DNA of 41,892 nt from an uncultured Lentimicrobiaceae bacterium (GTDB lineage: Bacteria > Bacteroidota > Bacteroidia > Bacteroidales > UBA4417): positions 1 to 41,892 of the forward strand of contig CAZBZA010000001.1 in assembly GCA_964495865.1 (NCBI GenBank), in the 5' to 3' direction. The notes under the pieces were generated by a model, which was given only the letters and a program-made list of their open reading frames with translations, ran no database searches and had not been told where the DNA came from. Below, piece by piece: positions 9,701-17,720 of the stretch. How positions within the stretch are numbered: position 1 is the first letter of the stretch; every line of letters begins with the position of its first letter. The translations under genes and the position numbers were made by a program.

Positions 9701-12700
9701 ATAGCTTGTGTTGGCGATTCAGCAATAATAACCCTTTCAGCAACCGGTGGAACGGCTCCTTATACCTATGTTTTTAACGGAGTTATACAGCCAGGTGATA
9801 GTGTTTTTACCTCAATACCTGCAGGTAACGGATATGTTTGGAGTGTTACTGACATCAATGGATGCCTTGAATCAGGTTTGTTGAATGTTACAAGTCCTGA
9901 TTCAATTTCAGGAGCGGCCATTGTACTGATTCCTCCGCCTTGTATAGGAGCTACTGCAACTGTTGTTGTATCAGCAACAGGCGGAACACAGCCTTACACT
10001 TTTACATTTAATGGTGTAACTCAAATTGGCAATGGTGTGTTTACCGGTGTACCTTCAGGAACAGGATTAGTGTGGAGTGTTACTGATGCAAACGGATGTA
10101 CCCCTGATTCGGGTTTACTAGATGTGACTGAACCTCCGATACCCTCAGCATCAGCTTCTGTAACCATTCCGATAGCATGTGCCGGTGGAGCCGCAACGGT
10201 AACTATTTTTGCTGATTTCGGAACACCACCCTATACCTATACTTTAAATGGTGTTACACAAGTTAACAATGGTATTTTTACAACAATTACGGCTGGAACA
10301 GGTTACGTTTGGAGCGTAATTGACGCTGCCGGATGCGGACCAGTAACCAATACTATTGATGTAACTGAGCCCCCACTTTTAATTGTTATACCTTCATACG
10401 TAAACATAGGTCCTTGTGGAAACGATACCGCAACAGTAACTTTACAGGCAATCGGAGGAACACCTCCTTATACTTACACTTTTAATGGCGTAACACAAAT
10501 CGGGAACGGTGTATTTACACCTATTCCTCCCGGAACAGGATATGCCTGGAGTGTTGATGATTTCAACAACTGTGGCCCTGTTGGCTCAACCCTAGATATA
10601 ACAGGGGCTTCGCTTCTTACTGCAACAGCAAGTATTACAAGTCCGATAGTGTGTGGCGGTGATTCTGCAACAGTAACAATACTTCCTACAGGTGGCACAG
10701 CGCCTTACACATTTACTTTTAATGGTGTAACGCAAATTGGTAATGGCGTTTTTACAGGTATACCTGCCGGTGGTGTATATACCTGGAGTGTTATTGATGT
10801 CAATGGTTGCGGTCCTGTAAGCGATACACTTAGTGTAACCGGACCTCCGGCAATAATAGCTTCTGCGCTCGTTTTACTTCCAATTCCCTGTATAGGAGGA
10901 ACGGCAATTGTATTTATTTCGGCTATTGGCGGAACAGCACCTTTAACATATACACTTAATGGTATTACACAAGTAGGAAATGGTATTTTCACAGGCGTAA
11001 CTGCAGGTTCAATTACCTGGAGTGTTACTGATGCTAACGGATGTTCTGTAACCGGAAATCTTCCGGTAATTGAACCGCCTATTCCGGCAGCAACAGCCTC
11101 AGTTACTATACCCATGCTCTGTGCCGGAGGAACTGCTACTGTAACCATTTTGGCATCAGGAGGAGCTGAACCATATACTTTTACTTTCAATGGAGTAACA
11201 CAGGTTGGTAATGGCGTTTTTGCCGGAATTCCTGCCGGTACCGGTTATGCATGGAGTGTAACCGACGCCAATGGCTGCGGGCCGGTGGGCTCAACAATTG
11301 ATGTTACTGAGCCTCCTTCGCCCAATGTTACGGCTGTTGTAACAAGTCCGATACTTTGCTTTGGAGAAACAGCAACTGTTACTATTTCATCTGCCAGCGG
11401 AATTACTCCATTTACCTATACTTTTAATGGCATAACACAGGTAGGGGATAGCGTTTTTGCCGGGATTCCGGCTGGGACCAATTATATATGGAGTGTTATT
11501 GATGCCAATGGTTGTGGCCCGTTCGGTGCAACTCTAAATGTTACCGAACCTGATTCGCTTACTGCAACAGCTGTTGTTACAACTCCTGTTCCATGTGTAG
11601 GAGGTACTGCTACAGTTACAATTTTTGCAAATGGAGGAACTGCACCCTATTCGTTTACTTTTAATGGAGTTACCCAGATTGGTAATGGCGTGTTTACAGG
11701 CATTCCGGCTGGAACCGGATACGCATGGAGTGTAGATGATGTTAATGGATGCGGCCCGGTTTCTGACTTAATGGATGTAACAGAAAGTAATGCATTTACT
11801 GCTAATGCTATTGTATTACTTCCAATCCCTTGCATAGGAGGAACAGCCGTTGTTGGTATCCAGGTAACTGGAGGAACAGCACCTTTCACTTATATTTTTA
11901 ATGGTGTAACCCAGGTTGGCAATGGTATTTTTACCGGAATTCCGGCTGGAACCGGGTATATATGGAGTGTAAGTGATGCCGGAGGATGTGCCCCTATAAC
12001 TGATACTTTAGATGTTATTTCGCCTCCAATTCCTTCTGCAACAGCTTCAATCACCAGTCCTATACTCTGTGCCGGCGGAACAGCAACTGTAACTATAAAT
12101 GCTTTTAGCGGAACAGCTCCTTATACCTATACTTTTAATGGTGTAACCCAGATTGGTGACAGTGTTTTCAATTCTATTCCGGCAGGAACCGGATATGTAT
12201 GGAGTGTTACGGATGCCAACGGTTGCGGACCGGTAACCGATACTATTGATATTACTGAGCCAGCCATACTTAGTGCATTAGCTTCTTTTGTTAACGATCC
12301 CCCCTGCAACAGTGGAACTGCAACAGTTACTCTTGTCGCAAACGGTGGAACAGGCCCATATACCTATACTTTTAACGGCTTAACCCAAGCCGGTAATGGC
12401 GTTTTTACCTCAATACCAATAGGAACAGGCTATATCTGGAGCGTTACTGATGCTAACGGCTGCGGACCGGTTTCCAATACTCTAAATGTTACAGGACCGG
12501 CTGCTATTATAGCAACTGCAATAATTCTGAATCCGGCTCCATGTATTGGCGGAACAGCTTCAGTAATGATACTTGCAAGCGGTGGAACTGCGCCATATAC
12601 TTTTACTTTCGATGGTGTAACTCAGGTTGGAAATGGAATTTTTACCGGCATTCCTGCCGGAACAGGGTACATTTGGAGTGTAACTGATGCTAATGGCTGC

Positions 12701-15700
12701 GGACCGGTAACTGATACAATCGATGTTACAACGCCCGCAATTCCTTCAGCAATTGCTTCTGTTACCAGCCCTATACTTTGTGCCGGCGAAACCGCCACAG
12801 TTACTATTAATGCTTTCGATGGAACAGCTCCCTATACATACACATTTAACGGATTAACACAAATTGGGAATGGTGTTTTTACAGGCATTCCTGCCGGAAA
12901 CGGTTATGCCTGGAGTGTGTTTGATGCAAACGGATGCGGACCTGCAACAGGTTTTACTGATGTTACAGAACCTGATTCACTAATAGTTTTTCCTTCTTAT
13001 ACAAATAATCCTCCTTGTGGCAACGATACAGCAACTGTTACACTTTTAGCAACCGGCGGAACAGCGCCTTACACATATACCTTTAATGGTGTAACTCAAA
13101 TTGGAAACGGAGTATTTTTAATGATAGTGCCCGGCACCGGTTATGTTTGGAGCGTTAATGATGCCAATAATTGCGGACCTGTTTCCGGTACTCTTGATAT
13201 TTCCGGACCTACTCCTATTCTGATTTCTGCGGCTGTTTCAACCCCGATACTCTGTGCAGGTGGTACGGCCACTGTAACAGTTGAAGCAAACGGTGGCACA
13301 GCTCCTTATACTTATACATTTAACGGGGTAACACAAACCGGGAATGGTGTTTTCACTTCCATACCAGCCGGTACGGGATATATTTACAGTGTAATTGATG
13401 CAAATGGCTGTGGTCCGGTTACTGATACTATGGATGTTACTGAATCAAACATTTTAATAGCTACTATTTCAGATCAGACTTTTGTGATCTGTACAGGAAG
13501 TGCTACCGGTTATATAACTGTTACTGCTTCAGGAGGAACTCCGGGTTACACTTATTCATGGAATACAATTCCAGCGCAGGATTCGTCAACAGCTATAAAT
13601 CTTCCCGCCGGAACATATACAGTAACAGTGACTGATTCCAATGGTTGTGCTGTAATCGCTACAGCTGTAATCACTGAAGTTGATCCGGTTATAGCTGATG
13701 CTGGCCCGGGCCAAATGTTGTGTAATGCTGATGTGACCTTCCTTGTTGGAAATGCTCCTGAACCCGGAACCGGAAGCTGGGCATTTGTCTCAGGTCCTAA
13801 TATCCCGAATTTATTCCCTCCGGTTGGAAGTGTAGCTGTTTCAACGGGTTTGATCCCAAGCGCAATTCCTTATGTTTTCAGTTATACTATTTCTATTGGC
13901 GGCTGTCAGTCAACGGATACCATGAGTGTGATCAATTACGTTCCTCCTACACCATCTTATGCTGGTATTGATCAGGAATTCTGCAGTTCTACAGGCATTG
14001 TTACCACAACTCTGGGAGCAAATAACCCAGTTTACGGAACTGGTATCTGGACTCAGCTTGCTGGTCCGAATACAGCAACAATTGTTAATCCTGCTGACCC
14101 GAATACAATAGTTTCCAATCTTATATATGGTTCTTATGCTTTTGAGTGGACAATATCGAATGGTGTTTGCCAGGCCGATGCTGATGTTGTAAATGTTTTT
14201 ATTACTCAACCTGCTCAGGTTTTTGCCGGTATCGACGATGTTATCTGTGAAGGATCAGATTATTTGCTGAGCACAGCTAATGCTTCCAACTATGCAAGTT
14301 TGATGTGGTCATCGTCAGGAACAGGGATTTTCAGCGATCCGACAATTCTGAATCCTGTTTATTCGCCAAGTTTAACTGATATTGCCAATGGTGTGGTTGC
14401 ACTTACCCTAACTGCAACGGGTAATGAGAGTTGTCCTGAGGTTCTGGATGAAATGACACTTACCATTGACCGCTCACCTTTGGTATTTGCAGGTGAGGAT
14501 GTTACTGTTTGCGGAAACATTTCTTATACAATTACTGATGCAACGGCTCAATACTTCAGTAGTCTCTTGTGGACAACCAACGGAACAGGGACATTAACCG
14601 AAAGCACATCTTTATCCCCTACATATACCCCGGGAGCAGGCGAAACCGGAGATGTAATACTTATATTAACCGGAAATTCCTTAGGATCATGCCTGCCAGT
14701 TTCTGATTCGGTGGTATTGAACATTGCCGGAGAGGTTTCAGCTTTTGCTGGATCTGATGCAACTGTTTGCGAAGGAGATTCCTATTTGGTAAGTGGCAGC
14801 TCCGTTAGCAATGCACAGAGTTTACTATGGACTACTTCCGGAACCGGATTATTTGATGATCCAGGTATTCTGAATCCAACGTATACGCCTAGCCCTAATG
14901 ATATTAATGACGGCTATGTTTATCTCTCGCTAACAGTTACAGGCAGTGCGGATTGCCCTTCCTACACAGATGCAATGATGCTTTCGATTGCAGGAAAACC
15001 AACAGCGGATGCAGGGCCAGATGAAGAACATTGTCAGTCTTCTGCATTCACAATTACTCAGGCATCAGCGCAGAACTATTTATCGGTAGCCTGGACAACT
15101 ACCGGAATTGGAAACCTGACAGGTGAAAACACGCTGAATCCGGTTTACACTCCGGCATCAGGCGAAGAAGGAGCAATCAGTTTTACTTTGTCAGTTGAAG
15201 GTGCAGGTGCCTGTGGAAACGTTACCGATGTAATGTTACTCATTCTGCAACCTGCAACAACTGTCGATGCCGGTACTGATTTGTCAACATGCGAATTATC
15301 ACCGGTTACGATTTCAGGAGCCAATGTTACCAACAGTACTGATATTTTGTGGACTACCAGTGGAAACGGTACATTTACTAATCCTGCCATTGTGAATCCG
15401 GTTTATACCCCTGGTACACTTGACGCAGCTATCGGGCAGGTTATGCTTACAATCAGTGCCGGAGCAAACACTCCATGCCCTGATGTTAGCGACCTTCTGA
15501 TTCTTACCATTCAGAAAGCGCCACAGGTTAATGCTGGCCCTGATGCTGTAACATGCCTTGGAACAGGGCACACCATAACACAGGCAACGGCTTCGGATTA
15601 TAGCACGCTGCAATGGAGTCTGTCGCCACTATCGGCTGGAAGCCTTACAAATGCCACAACCCTTAATCCGACATTTATACCGGCAAGCGGATTTTCGGGA

Positions 15701-16612
15701 ATGGCAACTCTGACCTTAAGTGTCAAAGGATCAGGTCCCTGCGGTGATATAGTTATTTCGGATGTGATGTATGTCTTTTTAAATACCGAACTTGTTGCAG
15801 ATGCCGGACCCGATCAAACCATATACCAGGGAACTGCAACCGGATTATCGGGGTCGGTGACCGGAGGTTCAGGATTCTACGCGTGGAGCTGGCAACCTTC
15901 CAATTTATTGATAGATCCATCTGTCTCAAACCCGGTCACACTTTCGTTAAGTTCGGAAACCATATTTACTCTTACGGTTTTAGATCTTTCAACCGGATGC
16001 ATTGATACGGATGATGTAACAATCGCAATCGGAACAGGCAGCAATTCAATAGTTGCAATAGCCGATTACGATACAACACTTGTAAATGTTCCGGTTACTA
16101 TCAATGTTATCGCCAATGATATTAATCCAATGGGTGATCCGCTTATTGTGAGTTTGTGCGGTTTCCCGACACATGGTATCGTTGTACTGAACTCCGATAA
16201 AACTATCACGTACACTCCTTACACTGATTACGAAGGGGATGATATGTTCTGTTACCGGATATGCAATGCTCTGCAGCCTTCACTATGTTCGGATACAATG
16301 GTTTACGTGCGTGTTAAGAAGCCTGACCTGAACGATATCTTTGTTTTCAATGGCGTTTCACCTAACGGCGATGGCAACAACGATACATGGAAAATCAGGG
16401 GTATTGAAAAATATCCCGACAACACAATTATGATTTTTAACCGCTGGGGCGATAAGGTAATAGAGTTTGCCAATTATAACAACACAACCCGATCATGGGA
16501 TGGAAGCAATGAAAATGGCGATCCGCTGCCTAACGGAACTTATTTTTACATACTTGATGTAAAAAATGTGGGTGTTCTGAAAGGCTGGATATATGTGCGT
16601 GGTGAGAAATAG
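6779..16612 (+). CDS. Giant SprB-like cell-surface adhesin with a T9SS type-B (gliding motility-associated) C-terminal sorting domain
   Basis: One unbroken ORF. The probable start is the ATG at 6779 (MKKSLYIRICAKAFGMIFLL signal); the track starts at GTG 6734. Architecture, in order: two HYR-like pairs, a unique ~180-aa domain, cadherin-like modules, 20 SprB-type repeats, nine ~80-aa (A/F)AG-D-C modules, and the C-terminal motif SPNGDGNNDTW...IFNRWG...GTYFYIL. Confidence 0.9.
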   Translation: MKKSLYIRICAKAFGMIFLLMPYLVSASPMASLSLPGIELRAYSPAFPGVVSLHENALIFNTITFDNEYSAFAGFPKYLLPNSATHPCLISEYAIPAPPVIICPGNKVAVAEPGLCSALVSGISLVYSDPDNDIVSVTWAMAGATNANSPATGINNPVSYTFNSGVTTMFYIVTDAENNTVTCNFTVTVTDTQLPVITCPQNINATYAEDSCTANITIVAPAVTDNCGIVSGLATGSRSDGLPLTAPYPSGVTTITWTATDLNGNSTSCIQTVSITPGVLLVNYTFTGATGYPISPNQSASGIACEATSSEPFFIDLTQGTATGALAYVNNIIGPPAIYMDPSNFTNQRYFQFHLSGDSLYKYRKFKLYVQARRGNRAAQTINFSYSTDPFSYTVNGSMSLLSSGIWYEKVVDWSTVDLINNRTDLYIRLFASNGAGGTGDGRLFIDNFQVMAYDGPLARPNAVTIDENMSVVIPVMDNDYYGCNGPLSGTPVSVISVPSQGNVVLNPDGTMTYTPNPNVNGNDSFIYQICDASGSCDTAIVNITISPVSYAPTVSCPGNITSGSDITVCGAQVDDLAATIYDQDGNIVSLTWVMTGANTSASPLTGINYLSNYDFVTGVSTITYIVVDADGFSDTCSFTVTVYDSENPSMICPDDITFIIPNCATFTDTIVLSPPVLVDDNCGIFSLANDAPAQFPVGITPVIWTVVDINGNSYACEQLIEVIKQAPMIVSASATPVSCFGGDDGTATVSVAGGTPPYTFEWITVPVQTTQTILNLIAGTYTVVVTDADGCSDSATVVITQPSDSLVLAVTDIVNVDCFGEATGSVTVAANGGTPAYQYSINGGTLQAGGLFPNLAAATYLFTVIDANGCTDTLNVNISEPDSAVTVQVTVTDTILCAGQSTGTATAQAIGGVAPYSYVWNTVPVQTTPTATGLIAGTYTVSVTDANGCGPVIGIAVITELPPLNVNPDITAPIACVGDSAIITLSATGGTAPYTYVFNGVIQPGDSVFTSIPAGNGYVWSVTDINGCLESGLLNVTSPDSISGAAIVLIPPPCIGATATVVVSATGGTQPYTFTFNGVTQIGNGVFTGVPSGTGLVWSVTDANGCTPDSGLLDVTEPPIPSASASVTIPIACAGGAATVTIFADFGTPPYTYTLNGVTQVNNGIFTTITAGTGYVWSVIDAAGCGPVTNTIDVTEPPLLIVIPSYVNIGPCGNDTATVTLQAIGGTPPYTYTFNGVTQIGNGVFTPIPPGTGYAWSVDDFNNCGPVGSTLDITGASLLTATASITSPIVCGGDSATVTILPTGGTAPYTFTFNGVTQIGNGVFTGIPAGGVYTWSVIDVNGCGPVSDTLSVTGPPAIIASALVLLPIPCIGGTAIVFISAIGGTAPLTYTLNGITQVGNGIFTGVTAGSITWSVTDANGCSVTGNLPVIEPPIPAATASVTIPMLCAGGTATVTILASGGAEPYTFTFNGVTQVGNGVFAGIPAGTGYAWSVTDANGCGPVGSTIDVTEPPSPNVTAVVTSPILCFGETATVTISSASGITPFTYTFNGITQVGDSVFAGIPAGTNYIWSVIDANGCGPFGATLNVTEPDSLTATAVVTTPVPCVGGTATVTIFANGGTAPYSFTFNGVTQIGNGVFTGIPAGTGYAWSVDDVNGCGPVSDLMDVTESNAFTANAIVLLPIPCIGGTAVVGIQVTGGTAPFTYIFNGVTQVGNGIFTGIPAGTGYIWSVSDAGGCAPITDTLDVISPPIPSATASITSPILCAGGTATVTINAFSGTAPYTYTFNGVTQIGDSVFNSIPAGTGYVWSVTDANGCGPVTDTIDITEPAILSALASFVNDPPCNSGTATVTLVANGGTGPYTYTFNGLTQAGNGVFTSIPIGTGYIWSVTDANGCGPVSNTLNVTGPAAIIATAIILNPAPCIGGTASVMILASGGTAPYTFTFDGVTQVGNGIFTGIPAGTGYIWSVTDANGCGPVTDTIDVTTPAIPSAIASVTSPILCAGETATVTINAFDGTAPYTYTFNGLTQIGNGVFTGIPAGNGYAWSVFDANGCGPATGFTDVTEPDSLIVFPSYTNNPPCGNDTATVTLLATGGTAPYTYTFNGVTQIGNGVFLMIVPGTGYVWSVNDANNCGPVSGTLDISGPTPILISAAVSTPILCAGGTATVTVEANGGTAPYTYTFNGVTQTGNGVFTSIPAGTGYIYSVIDANGCGPVTDTMDVTESNILIATISDQTFVICTGSATGYITVTASGGTPGYTYSWNTIPAQDSSTAINLPAGTYTVTVTDSNGCAVIATAVITEVDPVIADAGPGQMLCNADVTFLVGNAPEPGTGSWAFVSGPNIPNLFPPVGSVAVSTGLIPSAIPYVFSYTISIGGCQSTDTMSVINYVPPTPSYAGIDQEFCSSTGIVTTTLGANNPVYGTGIWTQLAGPNTATIVNPADPNTIVSNLIYGSYAFEWTISNGVCQADADVVNVFITQPAQVFAGIDDVICEGSDYLLSTANASNYASLMWSSSGTGIFSDPTILNPVYSPSLTDIANGVVALTLTATGNESCPEVLDEMTLTIDRSPLVFAGEDVTVCGNISYTITDATAQYFSSLLWTTNGTGTLTESTSLSPTYTPGAGETGDVILILTGNSLGSCLPVSDSVVLNIAGEVSAFAGSDATVCEGDSYLVSGSSVSNAQSLLWTTSGTGLFDDPGILNPTYTPSPNDINDGYVYLSLTVTGSADCPSYTDAMMLSIAGKPTADAGPDEEHCQSSAFTITQASAQNYLSVAWTTTGIGNLTGENTLNPVYTPASGEEGAISFTLSVEGAGACGNVTDVMLLILQPATTVDAGTDLSTCELSPVTISGANVTNSTDILWTTSGNGTFTNPAIVNPVYTPGTLDAAIGQVMLTISAGANTPCPDVSDLLILTIQKAPQVNAGPDAVTCLGTGHTITQATASDYSTLQWSLSPLSAGSLTNATTLNPTFIPASGFSGMATLTLSVKGSGPCGDIVISDVMYVFLNTELVADAGPDQTIYQGTATGLSGSVTGGSGFYAWSWQPSNLLIDPSVSNPVTLSLSSETIFTLTVLDLSTGCIDTDDVTIAIGTGSNSIVAIADYDTTLVNVPVTINVIANDINPMGDPLIVSLCGFPTHGIVVLNSDKTITYTPYTDYEGDDMFCYRICNALQPSLCSDTMVYVRVKKPDLNDIFVFNGVSPNGDGNNDTWKIRGIEKYPDNTIMIFNRWGDKVIEFANYNNTTRSWDGSNENGDPLPNGTYFYILDVKNVGVLKGWIYVRGEK
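8965..13680 (+). repeat. In-frame array of 20 SprB-type repeats, including 16 consecutive 237-nt (79-aa) units at about 9660-13452
   Basis: The AAT codon of the FNG motif falls at 10010 and 10247, exactly 237 nt apart. The unit consensus is C-GG-ATVT-GGT-PYTYTFNGVTQ-GNGVFT-IPAGTGY-WSV-DANGCGPV-DVTEP. Confidence 0.9.
13690..16035 (+). repeat. Nine divergent ~75-85-aa modules, each opening with (A/F)(D/A)AG-D---C. They resemble the Ig/PKD-like repeats typical of gliding-associated CTD proteins.
   Basis: Recurrent openers are ADAGPGQMLC, YAGIDQEFC, FAGIDDVIC, FAGEDVTVC, FAGSDATVC, ADAGPDEEHC, VDAGTDLSTC, VNAGPDAVTC and ADAGPDQTIY, with an LNP-YTP motif inside each. Similarity is at motif level only. 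Confidence 0.6.
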
Positions 16613-16629
16613 AGTGCAAGTAAAAAGAG

Positions 16630-16651
16630 ATGTTAATCAGCAGATTAACAT
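16630..16651 (+). other. Intercistronic hairpin between the adhesin gene and the PorP/SprF gene
   Basis: ATGTTAATC-AGCA-GATTAACAT forms a perfect 9-bp stem. It is AT-rich and has no following T-run, so it is not a convincing full terminator. Confidence 0.3.
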
Positions 16652-16772
16652 TGCAATAATGCAAAAATCAATAATTGATGGCAACAGTATAGTTCATGGT
16701 GAAACAGAAAGTCAGTTACGAAATCCTTCAGCCGGGACAGCCCTGGCAACTGAACTGTAAAAAATGATACAG

Positions 16773-17687
16773 ATGAAAAAGCTACTCCTACTATTTGTTT
16801 TGTTTGCGGCCCTTTCGGGGTTTGCACAGCAGGACGCCCTTTTCAGCCAGTATATGTTCAACAAGCTGACATGTAATCCCGGCTACGCAGGCAGTCGCGA
16901 GGTATTCAGCGCGGATATGGTGTACCGCCACCAATGGGTTGGTATTCCGGGCGCTCCCCGAACACTTACCCTGAGCATGCATTCGCCTATGCGTAATGAC
17001 CATGTTGGCCTCGGCGGATACATCTACAGTGATCAGATCGGGCCTGTTGTTGATCAGGGTGCCCTGGCTACGTATGCCTACCGGATAAATCTTCCAAAAG
17101 GTAAACTTTCATTCGGTATACAGGCAGGATTCAAATATTACAACATCAACTGGTCCGAAATATTTGTCGAAGATCCTGATTTTTCATTTGATGGAGACCT
17201 GCAAAACAAATTCACGCCGGATGCCAATTTCGGGATCTATTATTATTCGAACCATGCTTATGTAGGTGTTTCCTCAAAACAACTCTTGCAAAACGAATAT
17301 GGGATGGTAACAGTTGATGGCAAAAAAACCTATTCGAAATTGTTGAGGCATTTTTATGGAATGGCCGGATTAGCTATTCCTGTTTCCGACCAGGTTATTT
17401 TCCGCCCTTCGGCATTAGTTAAATATGTTAAAAATGCACCCTGGCAACTTGATCTTAATGCCAGTTTTCTGTTCAGCGACTTGTTCTGGCTTGGTACCAC
17501 CTACCGCACCAACGGCGATCTCGTATTCCTTACCGAATTTAATATTGGCAGGAAATACCGTGTGGGATATTCCTACGATATCAACGTAAAGGAACTGATA
17601 AATTACAATTCAGGTTCGCACGAAATAAGGCTCGGTCTCGACCTTGACCTGTTAAAAAACAGGATGCTTACACCGAGGTATTTTTAA
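16773..17687 (+). CDS. PorP/SprF-family type IX secretion system membrane protein
   Basis: The N-terminus is MKKLLLLFVLFAALSGFAQQDALFSQYMFNKLTCNPGYAGS, a family-typical opening. It is ~300 aa, a size compatible with a beta-barrel protein. It lies 150 nt after the type-B CTD gene. An alternative ATG lies at 16764. Confidence 0.85.
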   Translation: MKKLLLLFVLFAALSGFAQQDALFSQYMFNKLTCNPGYAGSREVFSADMVYRHQWVGIPGAPRTLTLSMHSPMRNDHVGLGGYIYSDQIGPVVDQGALATYAYRINLPKGKLSFGIQAGFKYYNINWSEIFVEDPDFSFDGDLQNKFTPDANFGIYYYSNHAYVGVSSKQLLQNEYGMVTVDGKKTYSKLLRHFYGMAGLAIPVSDQVIFRPSALVKYVKNAPWQLDLNASFLFSDLFWLGTTYRTNGDLVFLTEFNIGRKYRVGYSYDINVKELINYNSGSHEIRLGLDLDLLKNRMLTPRYF

Positions 17688-17720
17688 TAATTTTTTCATC
17701 TACTACCAAATGAACCGGGT

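Noticed and set aside
10474-12309. Antisense ORFs 10474-10698, 10705-11190, 11647-11889 and 12127-12309 (60-161 aa) inside the adhesin repeat array
   Set aside because: They lie opposite the strongly supported 3277-aa CDS. They repeat with the same 237-nt period and have Pro/Val/Thr-rich low-complexity translations. They are by-products of the repeat composition.
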